Shown: piece by piece, positions 38,201 to 51,028 of the stretch | Position numbering within the stretch: position 1 is the stretch's first letter | How the letters are laid out: each line of letters starts with the position of its first letter | From: Catajapyx aquilonaris | Lineage: Eukaryota | Reading direction: 5' to 3' | DNA: 64,000 bases | NCBI GenBank assembly: GCA_000934665.2 | Contig: JYFJ02001493.1 | Location: forward strand, 1-64,000 | Notes under the pieces: model-generated | Told to the model about the DNA's origin: nothing | Databases searched by the model: none | The model's input: the letters and a program-made list of their open reading frames with translations, nothing else | Program-made: the position numbers and the translations under genes

Positions 38201-41200
38201 GGGTCGTCGGAAGACCATAGAAAGCTTTTTCTGTTAGATTAGGAAGTCCGGTTTTTGTGTCAAAAACCGGATCTCCTGGCGATCCAATACCTGCTATTAC
38301 CTCTGGTGGTTTGGGCGTTGTCCACTGCTGCTTTACCCACAATCCAACACTGATCCTACCTGAGGTTGGTACCTTTGCTGATGTACATAGCAACAGGCAT
38401 ATGCTAGGTGTGACAGGCCAACGTGATATCTTCCGACGACCAGTTTGTCAGGCAGGCTACCAGAGAGGATTTCGACGTTACGGACCAAGGACATTGTACA
38501 TATGTTAATATTATACAGAACAACGATACAACATTTTGTACAGTACAACCTGTAAATAAGTCGGGGTTTTTACCACAGTATGCGGATTTTTGCCTATTTT
38601 TTTTGTATTACTGAAATGTCCATATCCACCCATTCCTTCCCCCACCATTACTTTGCCCCTGGCACCTTCCTCGGGACATAAAGGGAGCTCTGAACACCAA
38701 GGGCAACTTGGTACGCATCGGAGGAAATATCGGTGCAGGCGTGCTCGACACCACAGGCAGCTTCGTTCGTATCCTCGGAGATATCTTCGCCAACTTGACG
38801 GAGCTCAAGGGAGTGTTGCTGGGGTCCCTCATCACCACCGCGACGCAGGTTAGCGTTGGAAAAAAAAACCAGTGTCGTCCTCATCTCTGTCCCATTAATG
38901 CCTATCTCTTCTCTCTCTAACTGTGTTCTCTCTTTTTTGTTACTGGAAAGCTATTGCCTCTTTTTTATTGGGCGGAGTCTTATCAGGCGGATATTGCGAA
39001 CTAAAAAAATTTGTCAACAACCATCAGCTTACAAGGATGTCTTTTTAAAATATGGTTTTCTGAGCTTCGATTTGGGTGTGAGTACGAATATTTTTTAGCA
39101 CCAATATTTTTCACGGAATATATAGCACATAACCCCCCTTTATAAGCATATTTCACTAATAGCTTTCTTTATAACGCACCCCCCTTTTTTATGTATTACT
39201 ATATTACGAGAGGACCGCTTTTTTTAAAGACTGACGTTGAGTGGCCAAACTTTGCCTCTAGAGAACGGACAGAGCAGAAGTACCTTTGGGGGTAGTGTTG
39301 TATGTAAATTGCTCCTTGCAGGTGACGGACCCAGGTGCGTCTGCATTGGACTGTGAATTGTGATAACAGAGCAGTAAAAATATCTGGGGTGCTTTGATGC
39401 ATCCTATAGGGAATGATGGGGTGCTTTGATGCACCTTAGGGAATGAGATGACGACGACGACAGTTCAGGGCACACACGGACCAGACATTGTTAACTCGTG
39501 TATTTATTGGTGTATGGTGACCAACATAACGGGTCCCTTTGTCATCATCATTTTTGTTGAGTGAGCCACAACCATTCCCACCTGATCGCCTAGGGCTTGG
39601 CCAACCTCGGTGCAACTGCAGGGGCCACAATCACCCCACTGGTACGGTCTGCCACTAGCCTGCTGGGCATCGGCGGCGGGGGGTCGGGTGGGGGACTGCT
39701 GGGAGGAGGTGGAGGAGGCCTGCTAGGAATCATCAATAGTCTGCAATCGGCTTTTCAGGTGCCCCCATCTCAGGGGGCTAGAAGGCGCCGAAATTACAAC
39801 GAGGTATGGCCCACCCCCCAAAAAAGCGACCCAAATCCACACCTTACAGAGGACACAGGGACACAATTTGACACACCCTTATCAACCCACAATATCCACA
39901 CAAAAAAAATTTAATGTGATATGTAGGAGTGGAAGGGGTGGAGATGGGGTGCCATGGAGCAATGTGTGGCCACGTTTTTGACCGACATTTTTTTTTTAAA
40001 TTCTCTTTCATTTTCATATGTGGTGTCCAACTGTTTATCCACCCACCTTGTTTTTTCTACCCCCATGTAGTTACAGCTGGAGTCGTTTGGGTAGTATTGC
40101 CTATTGTATCTCTCCACCGCCTTCCCTCTTGGTAGAAAATGATTTCATTGAGATCCCGTAGTACTAATCTGGGACACCTTCAATATTTGCTTCCTAGTAC
40201 CTTCCCGCCACGCCCTAACCTCATTGTCCCCGTGTCTATAACCTCATCTATTTTTGGTTTATTTTTACCGTGTAAAGCACCATGCAGTGTAAATAATTAG
40301 GTTATACCACTTAGGATGTACATTATTTTTTTTGATTAGTTTGTACTATCTAGTATACATAGTTTTGAGCTACTGTCTTGTTAGTATTACGAGTAGAAAT
40401 AGGAGTAGATAGTGTTATGGGTATCGTCCAGTTGTGTACAAAAAAAAACGGGTCACTGACAACTAACATCAGGAAGGGCTGGAGCATTTTCAAAAGTACA
40501 TGTTATGTCACAAGATTACGAGTGCAAAAAGTTCTGGTCCTCGTAATAATGTGGCGTAACCCTTCAGTCGGCAACTACATAACTTTCGGTATATGCTAAC
40601 AAGTATTTCAGTTCCCCCTCCTTTCTTTTCTCTAAACAAAACGCTTCGGAATTGCACGCTAGCTTGGATTTCTACAGTACTTTTTGAGAACCCATGTAAT
40701 TTTCTAGCATATAAAAAAAGGACAAGAAAAAGACAATTTAGTTTATGGACTGTGACGGAAGTAACATTTTTGCACAACAATAACTGCACAACTTTTACAT
40801 CCTAAAGCACCCAGCTCTGTGAAGACAACGTACAGTATACATGACCCAGGATGACAACCCGGGGTAAATAAGTTGCATGGAAGCCACAATTAGTTGCACC
40901 TAGATGAATAATTTGACTTGTTTCTCTTTGCATGAAACCAGGCAAAACTGTCCATAGAGGTCTTTATGTATGACCTCAGCACAGTATTGCATGTGGCATG
41001 TGCCCCCCTCTCTTCCGAATAAAAAAAATAGGTTAACAAAGCCATCCCGCTGTGAGCACAATAATAGTTTGCGGTGTAATACCCTCCGTACAAGTGCGTT
41101 ACAATAAGTTATGTGACTGGTAAGTGATTTTCTTGTCCAAGGAAAAACGGATAAAAACCAAACTCAGCATATGCCTGTTTCAAATATTTTAATATTTTCC

Positions 41201-43799
41201 TTTTTCATGCCTACTCGTTACCGTTTTCTTCCTCATTTTTCACTCACTAATCTTAATTAACAGTATTTAAATAATCACACGATTTAAAAAAAAAGGCTGG
41301 ATGCTACCCGACAGGTGAGAGTGTTAACATCAGTAATCATTTGTCCCTTACTATTTTTTTGCCATAATAAGTTGAGCAATGTGTGGTCAGTCGGCTAACA
41401 CCCTTTTTCCTTTGTTTTTTTAAACCCACATTGCAGACCCTTTCGGGTACTGCCAACGTTTTAGCCGGAGCCAAAGCCGGTTTGGTGAACGGGTTGTTGG
41501 GTGGCATCAGCAACGTGGCCCACGCAGGACCGACTGTGATACTGAAACCAACAGTGTCCACCTATGGCACTCTGGCCCCTGCATATGGGCCTCCTATTGG
41601 AAGCTACAGCAATCAAGGACATAGTTTCAGCGCTGCGGACGCCGTCAGAGTGAGTTGGTTACATTAAGGGTCATACATGGTACAGTATGATGCTTTTTAA
41701 AAAACATATAAATATGGACACATTGCAAATTATGAAAAATGTGGATATTTTACAATGGCTGGAAATTATGTAAATATATACATTTTTTGTAGAAGATCTG
41801 CAATGAAGATTTAATAACTAATTTTGATATGCATAGTGTATGGGGAAAATGTCAGAATATCCAGCTTTGTAGGCAACCCACATGACTCATGCCACTTTTT
41901 GCTCTCACAGTCAGAACAATTTCGAACAGGTTTTACACTTGAAATAGCAGCCTTTTTTGGTTAAAAAAATATTTAATTCAGCTTTTAAAATCTAATTTGT
42001 TCTGAAATTGTTTAAAATATTTTATTCAAGTTTGGAGTGTTTTCCTATTTCCAGAAGTGAAAGCGTAAACTCCTTTCAAAAATAATTTTGGGAAACAAAA
42101 TAACACAGTAGTCAGAATATTTTGTGACAAAAACCACACACTAGAAAAATATATTGATGGTCAATTATTTCGTAATAACCGAACCCCTTGCTTTCGCTTT
42201 TTTTGAACACAGTTTTTTTTCTCTACTGCAATCCTGGGCGACAGGTCCCTTTAATTATGTACACACTTGCTACTGCATTTTGACACTTTGAGGTAAACAG
42301 GAAGACCACCACACCTTTCAGTGCTTTCACCTAATTAATTCCAGAATTCCGCAGAAAAAAATAAGTAGTGCAAAATGAATGCAACTTGTTACACCAGTGG
42401 ACCCATACCTAACCGATATCAAGCCCCCTGTCAATTGGGGACAATAAGCAGTCCGTCAAAGTGGTCACGTGCGTTGCATGCAAGGTGACATCTATGACGC
42501 ACTTGGTGCTCCGCATGTTCCGTCAAAAAAGAGCAAAAAGGAGAAAGTTCTGATTATATTCGAGAGGTGTTGGCCCCAGAAGCTGTATGCTTTCGACATG
42601 GATCAGATAATTGCACCATCTCATTATTATAGTCATCATCTAGCAATCATGTTTGCTCTCCTTCTGATTGTGTCATTTGAACATTTTTTGAACTACTTGA
42701 TTAATTCAACATGCTAAGTGGAGGGAGCCACTGGGCTTGCAAGACACTGTTTCCTCCTTGCGGATGAAATCGGAAACTCAAGAGACTGTTGCTCCACCTC
42801 TGGAGAAATGAAAAAGTGGGCCAACTTGACCCCAATATAATCATATTATTCGTAAAAATTCATTTGAAAAATTTCGCTAATTCTTAGTAATATCTAACTG
42901 TACACAACTTGGTTCTGAGAATTCCTTTGTTATCCGAACGAACGGTAAAAGAGAAACCACACGTGGGTAAATGGCGTAAAAACCAGCAGTTTTTGCCCAC
43001 TAGTGAGTGTGACTTGATCTTTCTCTCAGCTGACCTTTCACAGTTCTAAACATAGCTTCCAAAAATGGCTGCAAAAAAATATGTAACAGCAGGATGCTCG
43101 AAAGACAAATTGCGATGCATGTCATTCATAAAACTGTGTTTTTGCGGATATGACGTCCGGTACATATGATACACCCATGAATCACACCCGGTTTTTTAAA
43201 AACACACGTGTGTAGTTAGTACTAACATATGGTACATTGCTTTTCTAATGCTCTCTCTCTCTAAAAAAAACTTTTTCCTTAATGTGTAAATATTGCAGAA
43301 TTCCCGCGCTTTGGACCAGGATGGTACCGCTAGTGAGTTTCCAGCTGAATCGCTCGAACCTGCTGAAAGCTCCGAAGATGTAAATATGTACACTCTGTAC
43401 ATAGATGTAGAACGAGAAGGAAACAACTCCATATAAATCCTGAACAAATCCATCTTTAACCCACACAAATCATGAATTATTTGACAAATTTTCAAATTGC
43501 TCCATAAATCTTCAATAAATTTGCATGAATCATGAGTTGTTTCCTTCTCGGTGTATGTATGGTGAGGATTGGACAGACATGTGCTAATGTGTCCCCTTTT
43601 CTTTTCCTCGATATGCCAGACCACAGTCACCGTGTTAGGAAACGTGAAGAGTGGTATCATCGGCGGCGCAGTCAAAGGTCTGATCAACGGTCTGGCAGCA
43701 TCGGCAAGGGCCAGCAGGTCACCAGCCGACGGACCAGATGACCTCCCGCCAACTACGCCCATATCTTATGTGACCACACCAGCACCGGACAACAAATGA
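32201..43799 (+). CDS. Unrecognised secreted low-complexity protein (~677 aa) with amphipathic helical repeats, 13 exons
   Basis: Exons 32201-32317, 33908-34030, 34886-35071, 35820-36047, 36216-36269, 36729-36887, 36966-37118, 38010-38174, 38684-38848, 39594-39803, 41437-41649, 43299-43379, 43620-43799. Each is open, GC-richer than its flanks, bounded by AG/GT and phase 0. Signal peptide MSSALRIFLVVSCILWCGHA|LP; AATAAA near 44235. Exact exon connectivity is inferred. Confidence 0.78.
35081..35158. repeat. Intronic 39-bp tandem duplication
   Basis: GCCAGCACTACTAT(C/G)AAAAGGTCAAAAGGTGGCAGGGCA twice, one mismatch. Confidence 0.93.
39385..39446. repeat. Intronic ~31-bp tandem duplication
   Basis: TGGGGTGCTTTGATGCA...TAGGGAATGA twice. 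Confidence 0.85.
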
Positions 43800-46700
43800 A
43801 CAATTGCCAACTGAAAAATGATACGCAAATTTTTTCTGTTATAGTCCATCCATCCCCCCAGCGACTGTTGCTCAATATTAGGCATGTTTTTTGTGTACGG
43901 GTTGGAAAATAAGTTTTTTTTTTTTTTTGGACTGTGTGTGACCCCCTGCGGTTGTGTTCCTGTGTGCTTGAGTGATTTGCCAGATGATTTTTTTATTATT
44001 TTTCGCAATTGAGCGGTAAATTTAATTTGATTTACAACACACACAAAAATCACTCCAGCGCAAAATAATATATTCGTCTGACCTGGAGTCAGGGGTCTTC
44101 GTATATTTCCAGTGCCAGTGATTGTTCGGAGGTATTTTCTACATTCGTATTGCATGTAATGTTTTGTACAGTAAATAGATAATCACAGTGGATTTTTTTT
44201 TGTAAGAGCTGTCACTTGGCAATGCTTCTGCTCCAATAAAACGGGAGCTGAATTTTGTCAGAATTTTTGTACTTTCATTTTTTTTGCCATTTTTTGAAAA
44301 GCTCATTTTGGTTGCTTGGAGTGAGCAATTCATAATTTGCTTACACCCCTTTTGAACTGGATAGCTCAAGGGGGTTTACTACGACCATTCATTTTTGAAA
44401 GTTCCTCAGAATTTCATTCACAACGAAATAAGGACTATTTTGGTCAAAACTACTACGCTCATTCATTCCCACGGTTGTGATCCAAATTACAACACAAAAT
44501 GCGTGTCACCGGAGCCATGGATTTGACCGATTGTAACCTCCCCATGTAGCATCATCACTCAAAATCATACGGATTCCCCGTTGCGAGACCAATTGTGTAA
44601 TTATCCTCTTTTCACCCCCAAATCAGCTGGAGATGAGTGTTTTTCCCATGGAAAACCCTCCTCGTTTTCTCGAAAACCGCTTTTCTCTCCGGATCTCCTC
44701 CCAGTAATATTACGCTTGAAACACGCGCTTCCTTCACTGGAGAGATTGTCAGGTGAAGGAATGAGTTGATTAGTATGATTTTTTTTTCTCTCTCTCTCTC
44801 TTCCCCAGCACCAACAGGTCAAGCCTACCACAATTTCTGGATAGGATGATGGGTCGTGGGAGAGTCGAAGAGGGCGCTCCCTTAGAAGTAATGTACACTG
44901 TACAGGAAGTCATTTGCATTCAATAGGTGTTTGGTCAGGAAAACAATGGAAGCTGCGTGAGATGTTGTTTGTCAGGCCTATGTGTCAACTCTGTCGTGAT
45001 CAATCAAGTGAACGGAGCATTTCCGATGATACAGATCACTGAAATTGTCATACAACCATATAGAGGCCTACATGCAGTATTGAGGTAGTTCTTGGAAACT
45101 AGCTCAATTCCATGATGTACTCGCAGTAATATTATATTCAAACACATAAATCACACTCATCAAAGAATAGCAAAGATGAATCTAAGTTACACAACAATGC
45201 CATTTTCTGCAAACATCTCACATTGTCAGGTGAAGGTTCTCGTAGAGAGCAAGAGAGGACAAGTTCCAGACGGATGAAGTAATGATCAAATGCAGTAACA
45301 AGATCGCTGACAAAGGGCATTGTTTAGATGCTGCCAAGAAGGTCAATAGCGTGGAACACAAACAACTTCTGGACGGTACGGCCTAAACAAAGCCTCTCAA
45401 AGTTGGAGGACGTCTATAATGAGGATACGAAAGTCTAAAGACAATGTTTATAAAAGTCGCCAGTCATTATCTGGAGCCATTATTGTATACCGAGCCCAGA
45501 GAGAGCATTGCACAATGCTCAACCTTTGCCCGGAAACACCGGAGGAAGCAAAAGCTGGACTTTGTTAACTACGAGGCTACTCCTAAGTGATCAATAGCAA
45601 TGGGCTATTGAATGTGATAGCAACCATGCAGATGTGCAAGTGTGTTTTTTTTCGGGGGTGGCATGTGACACGCGGTGTTCTGCTATTCGAGTAACAATGG
45701 TAGGGGAAGCACCTACAGGTGATTGATGGACAAACAGGCATGTTATTTATGATTGGGGGTTATGTTAATTCGGTATTGCGCTTATCGTGTGATAGTATGA
45801 AGCTATAGGGTTCAGCAGGTATCTTTTGCTTTCTGGGCCAAAAATGTTCAGACGTCAAATGAGGCGTGTAAAAAGATCTTATCTGAGGTCTGTCAATGGC
45901 AAAAGGGTAACATGTGCTGTAACCGTGGGTCTACTCAAACTGGCCTTTGACATTTGTCTAGGTCTTAATTTAGAATCTGCATTTCGCAATGAGGGGTTAA
46001 AGGGTTTTGATATCTCGAAGGGTGCAATCGTCTTTCCCCCTCGCCCCCTCCAGCTCTCTTTTTTGTGTGCAAAGACATAGACACAAGGATTACCGGTCGG
46101 AAAATATTTTCAGACATACCTTGACAGGTCTATGATAAGAAGTTATAAATATAATTTAAACAAAACAAAAACGTCAATGCATTTTTTTCTGTTCTTATCT
46201 ATGAACTCTGTCAACCACAATGCACGTCCTTCCACAATATTATTTACTTGCAGCTCAGTATGTAGGGTACCATATAGCCCATGTTCCCAACTCAAGGGCA
46301 ATTAAGCCTTATGGATTGTTTATTTACTCCATCAATCAGCGACAAGTGAATAAGGCCTGATTATTGCTTTTAGCATAGTACAGGGGGTTACTCCTCTTTA
46401 GATTGGTTGCTATAATTATGATAAGCAATCCATAATTTCTTCGATTGTTCTGGGACACACCAACCTGGCCATTTTATTGAAGAAAGCTGGGTATGAGTTA
46501 CACTTTTGGTAACAAAGGAGCAAAATAATGGACCCTGATTTGACATAGTATACTTTCTTAGATATTGTTTAACAATGGCTTCATTTTAGGAAGCAATCAA
46601 TGGAAGTATAATATGCTCCTGACACATTCAATATCGGAGCTCACGTACTGTGTAGTACTTCAGTAATTCAATAAGCGGAATCTTAGTTCCACAGCTGCTG

Positions 46701-49700
46701 TAGTAGACCTACGATAAGAGGTTTCATTTCGAACTACAGCAGATATAATTGCATCAGTTTGTCCCTGCCTCTGAATCTACGTTCAGGTAAAATTGATGGA
46801 ATTTCATATTCGGCAAATTGTTAGTTCAGTAACTTCCAAGCTCCAGTGATTTTCACGCGTATTAATTAATGTAGTTAGTAATTCTGTAATATTCATGTGT
46901 ATAAAGTTATTCACCCGAGTGATTGTTTCTTTTGTAGGCTATTTAAAAAGTTTGTATCGTATACGGTATACGTACTTGTAGTTACCAAGATTTTGACGTA
47001 ATAAACAATCACGAGGTTGTACAAAATACCCGCAGGTGCCCGTGACATGCCCCCATTCCTCACTTAATAATCTCAGATTAATTGATGATACCTGCGGGTT
47101 ACGGTACCTTTGCTGCTGCTCTGCCGCGTACGTTCCATGGCATCATTTGGTTTACTAACCATCGCGTAATAAATACCGACGAACACGAACATGCAAAGGT
47201 GATCGGGATCATGATGATAGAGATCACTGCTCTTTGGGGACAAACAATTCCAAAAAAAAATGTGTTGTCGATGCAACATACGTCCAGCAGTAGAAGGATG
47301 TCCTTGTACTATCGCCTAATAGTCTATAAATAAACTGGTTAGAATTGTCATTTCCCTACTGACTGCTGGCTAGGACAATAGATATTTTCGTGAGGTTGAA
47401 GGAACTGACTTGAAGGCCAGCACATAGCTGGGAGAGGATTCCAAGTCGAGCTTATATGAATCCAGAAAGAAAGAAAAAATGGAACTTATGAGTCATTTAT
47501 ATGATTTGTCATGATCATAGTATACATGATGTGATGATAATAAAGTAGCAAAAGCTTCAATCAGAGACAATGACATTGTAACTGACAGACTATAATTATG
47601 AGAAATACGCGTGTGAACAGCTGCATATAGTTGAATAGTAGTGGATAAACATTACATAACGATATATCCTTCTAATTACACTATATGTACTCTACTCTTT
47701 ACAACCAAATGTGGCGCTGATGTTTTCATTAGAATAAACGAAGGCAGTTTAATTTATTGCCAGAAGATAAGGAATTTGCCAGGAACAAAAATACTGTATA
47801 GTAAAACCAATAGAATACCTTCTTGGTAGTACTATATACCGTATGTGTATACGTCGCATAAGGTGGCTCCTGATTATAAGCATGATTAGAGGCTACAATT
47901 GAACGTATCAATTTTTCCAGAATGTGTACATAATTTTTACGTGGTTTATACACTGTTTAGAAATTGAAAACTGAGTGGGTGTCCTCCCTAGCAGATATGG
48001 CGTCTGTATATCCTGGCATTGATCTTTCTATAACTCTTCTATAGGAAGACAGAGGATTGAAAGGGTTAAACGGAAATGCTAAAGTCCATCCATGTATACA
48101 CACCTGTCATTCACACCATGGTCCTCTTAAGATCATGGATGCATGTATCATAGCGACCAATTGACCCAATTTACACTTATCTATATCTTTCGTAGACTAC
48201 TATCAGGACCCGGAAGCTAATATAATATAACAACAATATTAATCGGAAGACCTGAAATAATCCTGGTAACAGTTGATTGTTTTCGATATATCAATATGTA
48301 AGGGTTTGAATATTACATTTACATTAAGGTGGAATTTTCGTCTCACTGATAGTTACTGCTAACTAGAAGTGCAAGTATTGGCAATGGTAACTATCAGTGG
48401 GAGGAAAATTCAACCCAATGTTGTATTAATTGGTTTCCGTTTAATGTACAAGTAATTCCTGCCTTTTCAGAGAGAGGTAAAAAAAGCTACACTTTTTGTG
48501 CTTTTCCTTCAAACAAAGGTAGTTTCAACCCACAATTATCACCTGCTCTCCTTAAATTAATTGGCATGATTAGGTCGGCTCTTTGATCCGTCCTAATCAC
48601 TCGTCATCACAATTTCCGCACCAGTCCTGCATACTGTTTTAGCAGCTATTATTTACCGCCATAGCAACAGCCAATGAAGGGCTACACAAAAAACAAGTAA
48701 TTGGCAACATATACCACCTCAACCAGAAAGTAATCTCCTGAAAATAAGACCATTTGAAGAGCCAATTAAAGGGTGACAACCCCCCAGACCAATTAATTAT
48801 CAATTCCGACAAAAATGTCTCACTTTGTAACCTTCAATGTCGAGTAAATTTCCTCCGAACTTCGAGGTCACAATTGAACGACCCCCCCGTCTTGGATTAT
48901 TGGTTATCTTAAGTCAGACATTAAAGGTCCATTGCCCATCTTGAAAATTGTTCAAGGCTGAGAACATTCTCACACGTCTTCTTACTGTTACCCAATTTTG
49001 CTTCCTCACTCCATGGAACGTGTTCGACCTTTGTGACGGGCAACAATGGGGTCAAGTTCGCGGCCCTTTTCGGGGGGTGAGTCGTCCCCAAAAAAATTTT
49101 TGTCCAGGGGTGTAGCAAGTGTAGTTTTGGTCCATGTCTGTACCACTAGGCGCTTTCCTCAGGCCATAACGGGATTTTTCTCTAACTGTTTTTACATGCG
49201 TGTTTTTTTTTTATATCATGTGCATGTGGGTAACATCAGGGAGTATGCAGTTTCTCTTTCTCGTACCTGACCTTCCAGTCACCTTGTGTTTTAGAGTGGG
49301 GGGGAAAATGGTCGCAAAACGCGGATAAGTGACCGTCTTGAGGTCAACGCCCAACGACACCGCCCCAGACATAGGTCGCAATGATGCCAAATCGGCATAA
49401 AATTGGTCGTCATTACAGTAATTTGCTGATAGCCATATTTAATACATAGTCATATCATGTGCACAATACAATGTGACCTGGTGCCCTCCAGACTAAAGGT
49501 ATAGAGATCAGAGTTCAAGCGTAGGACAGATCGTAAGATTCTCGGTCATACGTCACTATTGAGCGTTATATAACTACTGCAATTTATGTTATCACTGGCT
49601 GTATACCCTCATGGCGTGATTTATGTGACGAATGTCTAAACTTGAGCCAAGAAATGCAAAATGTGGGTTGATTTTTTAATATTATAACAGATGGTGTACA

Positions 49701-51028
49701 GGATGACCTTCGGTGTCGAGACATCGTGACTTCTGACACTGATATGTATATGGTCTGTGGCCAATATTGCATTGTGTGAAAATATATCATAGTGTTAGGG
49801 GTAATTTATGCGTCATTGTGGGGGATCAGAGAGCAAAAGTTGATGGGTACGGTATATAGACGATGCAGAAATGTGTGAAAGTTACGTATAGAAAAGTCGA
49901 GGAATGCGTAAGGGGAAAAAAAGAAAGTTGCTGGGTAAAAATCCCGTTAAAAGTTTGAAACATTTGTTTGGTGCATTGAACAATACACAACTTTCGTTAT
50001 GATCTGTGATGCAGAATAATTGCTCACGCATATTGCCATCGTATAGTACAGTACGAACGATTGTGTCCGACATGGACACACTTGTCATATGCTGAGATAC
50101 CTTTTAACAAACAAACAAAAATAAGCTGCTCTAAATGCGATTGTCATTATTCCTACAACACTTGCAGGATATCAGATTTATGAGCACATTACCCGTGTGC
50201 AAAAATCGTATAAAAATAACTCGATTCGGCGAAAACGACTCAGTTATTGATGACTGTTAGGGGAAGAACCTAGACTTTAATTCTGGTCCCAAAACATACA
50301 TTCGATCATAATATTATTTTTTTGCTCCAAGAAAAATAAATTGCTCATCCAAAAGTTACGTCACAAACTTCATTGACTAAACATAAAAAGCTTTGAATCC
50401 TCCATCTCCAACAATAATGTGGGAACATTCGCGAATGTTAAAGTTAACACACGTGATGGGGGTTAACCTATGCCCTCTAGACTAAAGGTATCGGGATCAA
50501 AGTTCAAGCCTGAGACTGATCTCAAGATTAGTGGACAGGTTAACGTCAGTGACACGGTCGAGTCATAGGGAAGCCACTCAGCTGCGGTCAGTAACATCAT
50601 TGCTAAAGAGGTGCATTGCTATCAGTGAATATCATAATAATGAGCCACACGCGCATGTTCTCCTGTGTTACATAACAGAGGAATATTTCCTAACAATTTT
50701 ATTGCTGATTAATGTAACCAGATAAGACCTAGTAGGCTACTGTAAAAATTGCTAACTAAAACCGTCATTTTAATTGGAACACCCTGTAGGCACTATTTGC
50801 AATGTAAAACTGCTGTACCACATAAAAAACGACAGTTCAACTACGAATGCTAAATTATGAAATCATGCATGTTATCTGCATATTAATGTCTTTTTAATCC
50901 ACAATCAGCATATGTTTTGGCCATAAAAAGTAGTCTGCCAAGATAACCCATTTCGCCATTAAGATCAGCCAAGTTGCAATATTATCAAAATTATGCTTAG
51001 TATCAATTTTGCCATATTAACCCAAATA

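Noticed and set aside
39321..39333. Micro-exon-like cag|GTGACGGACCCAG|gtgcgt in the orphan gene
   Set aside because: 13 nt would shift the frame and there is no other support.
43196..43762. 188-aa minus-strand ORF
   Set aside because: Antisense to the last two exons of the plus-strand orphan gene.
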